From Candidatus Iainarchaeum sp. (GTDB lineage: Archaea; Iainarchaeota; Iainarchaeia; Iainarchaeales; UBA10191), in NCBI GenBank assembly GCA_030649735.1, contig JAUSFL010000023.1:44617-108616 (forward strand): a DNA stretch of 64,000 nucleotides, given 5' to 3'. The notes beneath the pieces were generated by a model. The model was not told the DNA's origin and did no database searches. It saw only the letters and a program-made list of their open reading frames with translations. Below are positions 36,520-44,808 of this stretch, in pieces; the first letter of the stretch is position 1; each line of letters starts with the position of its first letter. The position numbers and the translations under genes were made by a program.

Positions 36520-37137
36520 ATGAATGAGACATTGCTCCGCAAGGGCGCTGAAGCAGAGCTTTACTCTGTTGAATACTTGGGCGAGAAGGCTTTGGTAAAG
36601 CGCAGGATTGCCAAAGATTATCGCATTCAGCAGTTGGATTTGAAAATCCGAAAGGAACGCACAAAGCTTGAGGCTGGCCTATTGAATTTTGCAAAACAGC
36701 AAGGAGTTAGGACTCCATTCATTCACAAGATTGACAGGAAAAATTTTGAAATAATAATGGAGTTTGTGGAAGGCAAGCGCTTGAAGGACGTTCTTTCAGC
36801 GAAAAACGCGCAAAAATACTGCGAAAAGCTCGCAGAGCAAATTGCCTTGTTGCACAATGCGGGAATAATCCACGGCGACTTGACAACAAGCAATGTGATT
36901 GTGAACGAGCGCATTGGCGATTTTTGCCTGATTGATTTTGGATTGGGCTTTTACAGTTCCAAGCTTGAAGACCAGGCAGTCGATCTTTTGAATTTGAAAA
37001 AAACCTTTCAAAGCACTCATTTTGCGCTCTTTAAGCACTGGAAAACGTTTGAAAAAGCCTATTCTGCAAAAGCAGTTTCAGGAAAGCAGGTTTTAAGGCA
37101 GGTTGAGAATGTTGAAAAGCGTGTTAGGTATTCTTGA
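36520..37137 (+). CDS. bud32: KEOPS kinase Bud32
   Basis: KGAEAEL, KRRIAKDYR..LD..IRKERT..EA, HGDLTTSN, IDFGL, EDQAVDL. Confidence 0.95.
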   Translation: MNETLLRKGAEAELYSVEYLGEKALVKRRIAKDYRIQQLDLKIRKERTKLEAGLLNFAKQQGVRTPFIHKIDRKNFEIIMEFVEGKRLKDVLSAKNAQKYCEKLAEQIALLHNAGIIHGDLTTSNVIVNERIGDFCLIDFGLGFYSSKLEDQAVDLLNLKKTFQSTHFALFKHWKTFEKAYSAKAVSGKQVLRQVENVEKRVRYS

Positions 37138-37153
37138 ATTTTAGTGATGAAAA

Positions 37154-37810
37154 ATGCCTTTGAAAAGCTTGAAAAGAATTGGAAAAGGGCCTTTCAAAGG
37201 ACAGACTCCAAAAAAAGTTTTTCAAACCGTTGATTTGGGATCTGGCAGAGAAGCAAGCTATCTTTACGGGCAAGCGAAGAAAAACCCGAAAAGAGAATAC
37301 TTGGCAATTGACACTGAAGGAATTATTCTTGGAGGCAGGCCTGCAGGCCATCCTAGATTCTTAAAGCCTTATCAGAGAATTCCAAAAAACCTCAAAGTTT
37401 CGATGAAGGGTTCTTTGCTCAAGCTTCAAGAACTGCATCGCTTGGGCGTTAGATCAAGGCATGTTCAGATTTCAATGCCGTCTGGAAGAATTTTTAGCAG
37501 AGAATATTTGCAGAATATTGCAAAATCTGCAGCAAAGGTTTTGCTTTCTAATGGAAAAGTGCATTTTTTGAGCCCTTTAGAGCCTGAACGTTTTGAAGGA
37601 ATTGCTGAAGCATTCAAGTTGGAAGGATTCAGTTTTAGGGTAGCAAAAACTCCTGAAAATTCAACACAGCATTCTTTCGCAAAATACAGTCCTAAAGCTG
37701 CGGCATGGTTTGAACAATACGGCTTTGTACCTTGGCAGTATGAATTTACATTGGGATTGAAGAAGGCAATTCCAGACAAGGCAAAAAGAAGGAATTGGCC
37801 GAGAAATTAG
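37154..37810 (+). CDS. Divergent class I SAM-methyltransferase-like protein with basic termini
   Basis: VDLGSG motif I, A..NP.REYLAID, VLLSNGKV; MPLKSLKR N-terminus, KAKRRNWPRN C-terminus. Confidence 0.55.
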   Translation: MPLKSLKRIGKGPFKGQTPKKVFQTVDLGSGREASYLYGQAKKNPKREYLAIDTEGIILGGRPAGHPRFLKPYQRIPKNLKVSMKGSLLKLQELHRLGVRSRHVQISMPSGRIFSREYLQNIAKSAAKVLLSNGKVHFLSPLEPERFEGIAEAFKLEGFSFRVAKTPENSTQHSFAKYSPKAAAWFEQYGFVPWQYEFTLGLKKAIPDKAKRRNWPRN

Positions 37811-37831
37811 AGTTTCGTCAAAGCACGAATC

Positions 37832-37856
37832 AAACAATATGTTTAAATATGTTTAA
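37832..37856. promoter_or_regulatory. Tandem AATATGTTTA repeat plus AAACA-N3-TGTTT inverted repeat over the TATA box of the RHH gene
   Basis: 10-bp unit at 37836-37845 and 37846-37855; TTTAAATA at 37842-37849. Confidence 0.5.
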
Positions 37857-37871
37857 CCTTACTTTTTGTTT

Positions 37872-38228
37872 ATGGCTTCTAAAAGTTCTTCAGTCACTGT
37901 CCAGGCTTCAAATCAAGTTGTCGGAACAAAGCTCACTCCAAAAGAGCTTTTGCAAATTCAAAGGCTTGTTGACTTAGGTGAGTTTTTGGGAGTTTCTGAT
38001 TTTTTGCGAAGCGCTGTCAGGGAAAAGCTTGAAAGCATTGAAATAGTGCAAACAAGAAACATTTCCCTTAAGACTGCAAAGAAGGAAGTTTTGGGCTATT
38101 TTGAGAAATATTCTGAAGCCTTCCCTTCAGATGCCGCGAATGCCTTGAGTTTGGACTTGGAAACCGTGCATAAACTGACAAAAGAATTGATTGCTGAAAA
38201 AAGGCTTGAAGTGATTAATAATGACTGA
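37872..38228 (+). CDS. Ribbon-helix-helix (CopG-like) regulator with C-terminal wHTH-like domain
   Basis: VVGTKL..KEL..IQRLVDLGEF..VSDFLRSAVREKL; then FPSDAANALSLDLETV..L..EL. Confidence 0.8.
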   Translation: MASKSSSVTVQASNQVVGTKLTPKELLQIQRLVDLGEFLGVSDFLRSAVREKLESIEIVQTRNISLKTAKKEVLGYFEKYSEAFPSDAANALSLDLETVHKLTKELIAEKRLEVINND

Positions 38229-38403
38229 TTGCTTTGAGGTTGGAGACTGCCTTAAAGGCGACAGGATTGCAGCAGAGGCAAGAAAGCTAAGCAGGCCAAG
38301 GATTGTTGCAAAGACTGGACGGCATCAGGCACAGCAGATTGTGCTTTGGGAAAACGCATTTTGCGTGATTGAAAAAAAGCTTCGTTTTGTTCCCCAGCGT
38401 TAA
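38221..38403 (+). pseudogene. Short ORF, possibly a truncated remnant of a DNA methyltransferase
   Basis: Overlaps the RHH stop; starts MTDCFEVGDCL, resembling the N-terminal GDCL of beta-class N4/N6 MTases; remainder unrecognisable. Confidence 0.25.
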
Positions 38404-38523
38404 CCAGCCCCTTTTTTAAACCTTTTTTCCCAATTTCTAGTTATACTTTGTTTTTTATATCAGCTGTCTCAAGCCCTCTAAAGGTTGGGAAGGCAAAGTA
38501 ATGTTTTTTACTTGGTGAATTTT

Positions 38524-38967
38524 TTGGCAGAAACCAAACAGCATGAAGCAACAGCCCATTCTGGCAATAAGGCAAAGCAGCAGTCTGCAGACTTGAGCAA
38601 GCAAGAGATTGCAGAATTGATCAGCTCGCTTTCAAACAAAGGCCATAATGCTTCAGAGATTGGGCTTATTTTAAGGGACCAGCATAACATTCATTCAGTA
38701 AAGGCAATCACTGGAAAGAGAATAACGCAATTAATGCATGAGAAAGGCATTGTCCAAGACATTCCTGAAGACATGATGAATTTGATAAAGACTTCAGTGA
38801 GGCTGCAAAAGCACATGGTAGAGCACAGGAAAGACACTTCTGCAAAGCGCGGCTACCAGCTTTCAGTAAGCAAAATCAGGCGCTTGGCAAAATATTACAT
38901 TAAAGAGAGAAAACTCCCTTCAAACTGGAGATACACTGCGGAAACCGCGCAATTGTTGGTTAAGTGA
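38524..38967 (+). CDS. rps15: 30S ribosomal protein S15 (S15P/S13e)
   Basis: SEIGLILRDQH.I.SVK.ITGKRI, IPEDMMNLIK, H.KD..AKRG.QL..SKIRRLAKYY...LP..WRY; TTG start after SD GGTGA. Confidence 0.95.
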   Translation: MAETKQHEATAHSGNKAKQQSADLSKQEIAELISSLSNKGHNASEIGLILRDQHNIHSVKAITGKRITQLMHEKGIVQDIPEDMMNLIKTSVRLQKHMVEHRKDTSAKRGYQLSVSKIRRLAKYYIKERKLPSNWRYTAETAQLLVK

Positions 38968-38972
38968 TTTTT

Positions 38973-39548
38973 ATGGCAACAACAGCAAAGACAGTTGACA
39001 AGTGGAAAAAGAAAAAATGGTTCAAAATTTTCGCTCCGCCTCTATTCGACAAGCGCGAGATTGGCGAGACTCCTGCGGAAAAGCCAGAGAATGTCATGGG
39101 CAGGACTGTAAAGGCGAACGTGCGCGCCTTGACCGGCCAGATAAAAAAGGCCCACGTTGACTTGATTTTCAAGATAATGGATGTTCAAGGCTTGAACGCG
39201 AGCACTGAAATTTCCGGAATGATTGTAAAGCCTGAAACTTTGAGAAGGGTTGTCAGGCGAAGGAATTCAAAAATTGACGTTGTCCTCGATTCAAGGACCA
39301 AAGATAATAAGAAAGCCCGCATTAAGGCGACTGTTGTCTGCCTGAAAAAAATCGAGCGAATCAAGGAAACGGCAATAAGGAAAAAGCTTTTGGAAGAGCT
39401 TTCTAAAATGGCTGTTTCAAAGAATTTTGAAGACTTGATCAGTGACGCGATTTTTGGAAATTCACTCAATTCCTTGTTTGCGTCTGTCAAAACAATTGCA
39501 GGCATTAAGAGAATTGAAATAATGGCAGTCAGGCAATTGAATGATTGA
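38973..39548 (+). CDS. rps3ae: 30S ribosomal protein S3ae (eS1)
   Basis: DKWKKKKWFKIFAPPLF, GETPA..PE..MGRT, RRVVRRRNSKID, IKRIEI. Confidence 0.93.
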   Translation: MATTAKTVDKWKKKKWFKIFAPPLFDKREIGETPAEKPENVMGRTVKANVRALTGQIKKAHVDLIFKIMDVQGLNASTEISGMIVKPETLRRVVRRRNSKIDVVLDSRTKDNKKARIKATVVCLKKIERIKETAIRKKLLEELSKMAVSKNFEDLISDAIFGNSLNSLFASVKTIAGIKRIEIMAVRQLND

Positions 39549-40227
39549 AATTGAAGTTTTTGTCTTATTTCTTTCATTAGTCGTTTTTTCGCTGATTTCC
39601 TACTGGAAAAAGGCTTTGGACAAGCGCGGAATCCTGGCAGCAAACATTGTCGGGCTTTTGATTTTTTGGTTTGGAAAAGACGCTTTTTCCACTGGCCTAG
39701 TTCCTTTCTTCTTGATTGTATTGTTTTTTGCCATTGCAGAATCATGCACTCGCTATGCCAGAATGCTCAAGAAAACCCATCATGAAATCAGGAGCGTTGG
39801 GAACATTTTAGGCAATTCTGGAGCAGCCTTGATTGCATTGGTGTTTGTTTCTCCAATCGGCTTTTTTGCGGCAATCGCGTGCGCTTTGGCTGACACTTTA
39901 AGCTCTGAAGTCGGCTTGCTTTCCAAAGTGAAGCCCCGCTTGATAACTACTTTCAGGCACGTGGCGCCAGGCACTGACGGCGCAATCAGTTCTTTAGGAA
40001 CCACGACTGCAGCTTTTGGAGCATTGCTGATTGGCGCGATTTATTTTTTGCTTTTCAATGACTTGAAGGCTTTTGCAATAATCTCTTTTGCGGGATTTTT
40101 TGGAATGCTTGCTGATTCAGTGTTTGGCGCGACTCTCCAAAAGATTGGAGTATTGAACAACAGCACAGTAAATTTTGTCGCTTGCGGCCTTGCGGCAATC
40201 GCGGCTGTTTTGCTTTTTGGGCTTTAA
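39541..40227 (+). CDS. DUF92 (TMEM19-like) membrane protein
   Basis: R...N.LGN, ALADTLSSEVG, PRLITT...V.PGTDGAIS.LGT, DSVFGATLQ, N..VNF. Confidence 0.9.
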   Translation: MIEIEVFVLFLSLVVFSLISYWKKALDKRGILAANIVGLLIFWFGKDAFSTGLVPFFLIVLFFAIAESCTRYARMLKKTHHEIRSVGNILGNSGAALIALVFVSPIGFFAAIACALADTLSSEVGLLSKVKPRLITTFRHVAPGTDGAISSLGTTTAAFGALLIGAIYFLLFNDLKAFAIISFAGFFGMLADSVFGATLQKIGVLNNSTVNFVACGLAAIAAVLLFGL

Positions 40228-40263
40228 AGTTTTTTTGAACTTTTGTGCAAATAATTGTATTAG

Positions 40264-40935
40264 TTAACGATTGATTTCATTCGTGCACTTGGACTTCAAA
40301 TAAATGTTTTCTTTTGGAGTGGTGGTAGACTCAGTTTCGTGATAGTCGTAATTTTCAATTCTATCACAAATTTTTTTGTCTTGCATCCCTAAAGCCAATA
40401 TATATGTGCACCAATTTCTTGAAGCATTAATGTTGCCGCCAGCACCACAGGCAATCAGTGGATGGCGAGTGTTAGAAAGGCTTTTCTGTAAATCAAAAGT
40501 TTCGCACTCTTGTTTCATAGTCATATTTGTTAAGCCAGTGTTGTATGCTGGATCTATTTTATTGCAGATGTTTTTATCTGATTTTATGACTGAAAAAAGA
40601 AGATAGCAGGTTTGTTCGGTGTATTTATTCACTGAGCCCAATTTTGGACAGTTGTCTGGATCGCCACTAATTATTACTGCCTGTAATTCTTCAAAATCTT
40701 CAATCTCTTCCTTTACTAAAATTACAAGGCCTATATGATCTCCTTTGGTATAATCTAATATAGATTTATCAAAACCAGCTTTTGCCAAGTCAATAATCTG
40801 GCTGTCAGTTAAGGAATTAAAATTGATATTTCGAAATTCTCCATTAACATCGTTGGTTTGATTGTTATTTGTATTTTGAGTGCATCCTGCCAGTACTGCC
40901 AAACTTAAAAATATCAAAATCAGAAGTATTTTCAT
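40264..40935 (-). CDS. Hypothetical lipoprotein with Cys repeats (AT-rich)
   Basis: LAGC lipobox; CY..F....D..IC.KI and C...LA....D..IC.RI units. Confidence 0.7.
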   Translation of the reverse strand: MKILLILIFLSLAVLAGCTQNTNNNQTNDVNGEFRNINFNSLTDSQIIDLAKAGFDKSILDYTKGDHIGLVILVKEEIEDFEELQAVIISGDPDNCPKLGSVNKYTEQTCYLLFSVIKSDKNICNKIDPAYNTGLTNMTMKQECETFDLQKSLSNTRHPLIACGAGGNINASRNWCTYILALGMQDKKICDRIENYDYHETESTTTPKENIYLKSKCTNEINR

Positions 40936-41114
40936 TGTAAAATTAACTATTTTTATTAATAAAAGCTTTTGCTTCGACTTGCCTAAATTATTTTCAACTT
41001 ATTTGTTTGATTGTATTCAAGTTGTGTATTGCCCCTATTTTTTGGCAGTATTAAGCAAAACCTGGTTTTTGAAAACATTTTTATTCCCTGCTTTCTTTAT
41101 TATTTGGATTCTTG

Positions 41115-42608
41115 ATGGTTGAAGTCGCTTTGTTGCCTTTAGAGCTTATTGGAATCGTGATTTTGATCGCGATTTTCTTTTCTATTATTGCAAAAAAGCT
41201 CGGGCAGAATGCCGCAATCGGCTTTATTCTCACTGGCTTTATTTTAGGGCCTTTTGTATTGAAGGTTTTGCATCCTTCAGACCCAGTGGTCATTGCTTTC
41301 AGCGAGCTTGGACTTTTCATTCTCTTGTTTTATTTGGGATTGGAGCTTTCTTGGCGAGAGTTTTTGGAGGCCGGAAGCTCTGGCTTTGGACTGGCAGTAA
41401 TTGACATGCTTGCCTGCACTATTGCCGGTTTTTTGCTTTCATTGCTTTTCGGTTTTTCATTGATTTTTTCAGTCCTTGTTGGCTTCATGCTTTTTTCAAC
41501 AAGCACTGCAATTATTGCAAAGTTTGCGATTGACAGGAAGCTCATGCAGACTCCGTCTGCAAAGTTTGTGCTTTCCATTGCAATACTGCAGGATTTTTTG
41601 GGAATTTTGCTTGTTGTCTTGGTGACTAGCAGCTCTAAAAACGGCTCTGCATTGGATGTCGCATTGACTTCGCTTGTTTTTGCAATTTCTGTATTTGTTG
41701 CAGTGCACCAGCTTTCAAGGTTTGTTGAAGGCTGGATGATTTCAAACAAGCTTGGCCAGACTGAAATCACTCTTTATGCCTTGGGAGTTGGATTGATTGT
41801 TGCGACAATTGCAACCATGCTTGGGCTTTCCGCAGCGCTTGGGGCTTACTTTGCTGGCTTTGCATTGGCTGAAACCCAGGCTGGCAGGCGGATAAAGCAT
41901 GACGTGAATTTCATGCGCGATTTTTTCCTGGTGTTTTTCTTTGTCGGCTTTGGAACAACAATTTTTTACAATTCTGGCGCAATTCTTCAAGCATTTCCTT
42001 CTGTTGAAACCTTGTTGAGCATTGGGTTAATGGCTTTGGTCTTAGCTTTGGTTGCGATTGCAGCTCATTTCATTGTGTTTTTGCTTTTTGGCTCGAGGTT
42101 TGGATTGAACAGGGAAGATTCAGTGAGCGCTTCAGCAATGCTTATTCCATTGGGAGAATTTGTAATAATCATAGCGACTGCGGCATTGCTTGTTGTTCCT
42201 GCCTCTGAAAAGGCAATAGTGCCCGTGCTTGCTTTCATGCTGATTATTTTCACGGTTTTTGTTTTCGAGCCATTGTATAATGCAAGGCGGTTTGTTGAAA
42301 AAGTTCTTTCTTTCATTCCTTCACTTTTCAAGGAAGTTCATCACTCGCAAGTTGCAGGCCACACGTCTTACACTCAAAGGCAATTGCGGTCTTTGATTTG
42401 GAACTTGTTCGTGATTTTGTGCCTTGCCTGGCTTTCAGTGATTTTGTACAGCAAGCTTCCTACTTTTGGAGTTCCAATTCCTTTTGTAAGGCAGGTTAAT
42501 GCTTCATTGATTTTCCTGTTTTTTGCAATAGCGCCTTTCGTGCACGCGTTGATTGCTTTCAAGAATTTGCTTAAGGCAATGCATTCAAGGAATCTTTCAA
42601 CAGTTTAA
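41115..42608 (+). CDS. Cation:proton antiporter (CPA2/Kef-type)
   Basis: GFILGP, SELGL..LLFYLGLE, STSTAII, AILQD, LGAYFAG, RDFF...FFV..G, PLGEF. Confidence 0.9.
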   Translation: MVEVALLPLELIGIVILIAIFFSIIAKKLGQNAAIGFILTGFILGPFVLKVLHPSDPVVIAFSELGLFILLFYLGLELSWREFLEAGSSGFGLAVIDMLACTIAGFLLSLLFGFSLIFSVLVGFMLFSTSTAIIAKFAIDRKLMQTPSAKFVLSIAILQDFLGILLVVLVTSSSKNGSALDVALTSLVFAISVFVAVHQLSRFVEGWMISNKLGQTEITLYALGVGLIVATIATMLGLSAALGAYFAGFALAETQAGRRIKHDVNFMRDFFLVFFFVGFGTTIFYNSGAILQAFPSVETLLSIGLMALVLALVAIAAHFIVFLLFGSRFGLNREDSVSASAMLIPLGEFVIIIATAALLVVPASEKAIVPVLAFMLIIFTVFVFEPLYNARRFVEKVLSFIPSLFKEVHHSQVAGHTSYTQRQLRSLIWNLFVILCLAWLSVILYSKLPTFGVPIPFVRQVNASLIFLFFAIAPFVHALIAFKNLLKAMHSRNLSTV

Positions 42609-42619
42609 AAAAAAAGTTT

Positions 42620-42952
42620 TTAATGCTTTGGCCTTGTTCGAAGTGCTTGCCTGGTCCTTAATTCACCTGTTTTTGGGATTGTTTTAATTGGCCTTCTGGA
42701 ATTATTTGCGGCTTTGGCATTAGGCCTTGCTGCTGTTCTTGCCTGCAATCCTCTCGTTGCTATTGTTGTTGGCCTTGGTCTTCTTAATGCGTTTTTCCAA
42801 GCGCCTGGCTGTATTTGCCTTAAGTGGTGCTTTCCAACGCCTGCTGCCGCAAAAATGCCTTCAAGGATTGTGGTCTGCCCTGGCGCTCTTTGAATTGTTT
42901 TTTTGGCTATTGGCTTTACTGGCCGTTTAACTTCAATTCTTGGCTTTATCAT
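42620..42952 (-). CDS. Orphan highly basic (R/K/P-rich) protein
   Basis: 110 aa, MIKPRIEVKRPVKP...LRTRPKH; fills an intergenic gap. Confidence 0.55.
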   Translation of the reverse strand: MIKPRIEVKRPVKPIAKKTIQRAPGQTTILEGIFAAAGVGKHHLRQIQPGAWKNALRRPRPTTIATRGLQARTAARPNAKAANNSRRPIKTIPKTGELRTRQALRTRPKH

Positions 42953-43023
42953 GACAAAATATACAGTTTAATGTATTTTATTCCTTTTGGTTTCTCAATT
43001 TCTTTTGAAAAGGCCTGTTTTTT

Positions 43024-43548
43024 ATGAATTGGTGGGACATTGCATTGTTTTTGGCTCCAGCTTACGTGGCTAATGCCGGCGCAATGCTTTTTGGAATGGT
43101 TTTGAAAAGCAAGACTCCGCTTGATTTTGGGATTCAATTCATTGATAGGCAGCCATTGCTTGGCAAGGGAAAGACTTGGAAAGGCACTTTTTTTGGAATT
43201 TTTGCGGGAACAATTGTAGCTTTTGCATTGATGGTTTTGTTCCCAAAGCAGGCCTTTGACTTTTACCCTAATTACTTGCTTGCCGGGTTTTTGATTTCCG
43301 CGGGCGCAATTTTTGGAGACCTTGCGGGCAGTTTTGTAAAGAGAAGGCTTTTGATAAAGTCCGGCTCTCCAACTCCAATACTCGATCAGTTGGACTTTAT
43401 TGTCGGGGCTTACGTTCTTTTGGCAATTTTTTACTGGCCTTGGCCTAGCTATGATGATTTCTTTTTTGTCTGCATTTTTACAATAATAACTCACATTTCT
43501 ACAAATTACTTTGCTTTCAAGCTTGGCTTGAAGAAAGTGCCGTGGTGA
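43024..43548 (+). CDS. carS: CDP-archaeol synthase
   Basis: PAYVANA, PLDFG....D...LLGKGKTWKG, GDLAGSFVKRR, PILDQLDF, N..AF.LGLKKVPW. Confidence 0.93.
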   Translation: MNWWDIALFLAPAYVANAGAMLFGMVLKSKTPLDFGIQFIDRQPLLGKGKTWKGTFFGIFAGTIVAFALMVLFPKQAFDFYPNYLLAGFLISAGAIFGDLAGSFVKRRLLIKSGSPTPILDQLDFIVGAYVLLAIFYWPWPSYDDFFFVCIFTIITHISTNYFAFKLGLKKVPW

Positions 43549-43553
43549 ATTGA

Positions 43554-44069
43554 TTGGCGAAAAAACACAATGCACTGAATAAGAAAAGCGAGTTTTTCAG
43601 CAAGTCTTTCTGGTTTGCGTTAAAATTCTTCATTATTTTTTCAGTGCTTTACGCGTTGCTTTTCATATTGGATTTTTCCCCAATTGAAAACTGGCTTGCT
43701 TCTTTGGAAGCCGGATTTTTGGGATTGAATGCTGTTGGGAATTCTGTAAGTATTAATGATTTTACATACGTTATTTCGCAGTCTTGCATTGGCTTGTTTT
43801 CCGGAATAGTGCTTTTTGCAATAATTTTTGCGTGCAAAAAGCCAGGCTTGAAGGCAAAGATTGCAATGGCAATTGCCGGGGCCGCAGCGCTTTTCCTCTT
43901 GAACATTCCCCGCGTGTATTTGGTGCTTTGGGCCGGCCAAAACTTTGGCCCAAGCGCGGCAGACTTGACGCATTTTGCAAGCTGGTTTGCAACAACATTC
44001 TTCATCATTGCAGTCTGGTACTTGCTTGCTGAAAAAATCGTCGGCAAAGAATTCAAGGAATTGATTTAG
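43554..44069 (+). CDS. Archaeosortase/exosortase family protein (short form)
   Basis: Catalytic-triad pattern I.QSCIG, LLNIPRV, distal H within a multi-TM protein. Confidence 0.75.
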   Translation: MAKKHNALNKKSEFFSKSFWFALKFFIIFSVLYALLFILDFSPIENWLASLEAGFLGLNAVGNSVSINDFTYVISQSCIGLFSGIVLFAIIFACKKPGLKAKIAMAIAGAAALFLLNIPRVYLVLWAGQNFGPSAADLTHFASWFATTFFIIAVWYLLAEKIVGKEFKELI

Positions 44070-44105
44070 AAAAAAACCCGAAATTTGGGATTGCGGTAAT
44101 AATTC

Positions 44106-44780
44106 TTCACGAAAATTATTACCATTGGTAATAAAAAAGTTAAAAGTTATATCAACAGAGTAATTCACAATAACTTGAATTTTCTCTTATTTTCCAATCC
44201 GTTTATTTAGCCGATCTAACTCATCAAGGCAAGTTTGCTTTGAATAATCATCCTTTAGTGAATTGCAAACTTCTAGGCTAATATTTTGCAATCTAAGCTG
44301 CGAGTCATAAGTTCCAACACACGGCTGCTCAATCCAAAAGTGATTGTCAGTTCCTTGATTTTTGAGCATTGGTACTTGATAAGATAAATCATAATAGCAT
44401 TTGAAATTGGAAGCGCTTCCAATGCACCCGGTGGTTGGACGAGCACCCATACTTAACAGGCTTGAATTGCTCGTGTCAACAGTTACTCCAGAACAGTCGC
44501 AAGTTTTCTTTGTTGGGGAAGGACCTAAATCAAGAAGCCCATAATTGTAGCCGCATGGAGTTGACGCTAACTTGTTAAGCCAATTTCCTAAAATAAATTG
44601 GCTAAGAAAAATGAGCATGATTATTATGATTCCTGCAATTGCTATTTTAGCCAATTTCATAAGTTTACTATTGCTTTTACCTATTTAATCATTTGCGCAT
44701 CAAGAAAAGGCAAATTACACTGCTAATAAATTTTCTGAAGAAAACATCATCAATGATGCTATTATTTCACGAAAATTATT
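44106..44780. repeat. 15-bp direct repeat TTCACGAAAATTATT flanking an AT-rich gene
   Basis: Identical copies at 44106-44120 and 44766-44780. Confidence 0.75.
44187..44660 (-). CDS. Hypothetical membrane-anchored Cys-rich protein (AT-rich)
   Basis: N-terminal TM segment; 8 Cys including CDCSG. Confidence 0.65.
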   Translation of the reverse strand: MKLAKIAIAGIIIIMLIFLSQFILGNWLNKLASTPCGYNYGLLDLGPSPTKKTCDCSGVTVDTSNSSLLSMGARPTTGCIGSASNFKCYYDLSYQVPMLKNQGTDNHFWIEQPCVGTYDSQLRLQNISLEVCNSLKDDYSKQTCLDELDRLNKRIGK

Positions 44781-44808
44781 CCAACAATTTGTGATTGTGT
44801 GGGGGCTT

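Noticed and set aside
40230-40270. Integron attC site after the AT-rich lipoprotein gene
   Set aside because: RYYYAAC/GTTRRRY boxes do not match, the segment is too short, and no integrase is present.
44130-44157. dif/Xer site suggested by TTATATCAACA
   Set aside because: Only one arm; no matching left arm ending in TAA at a 6-bp spacing.
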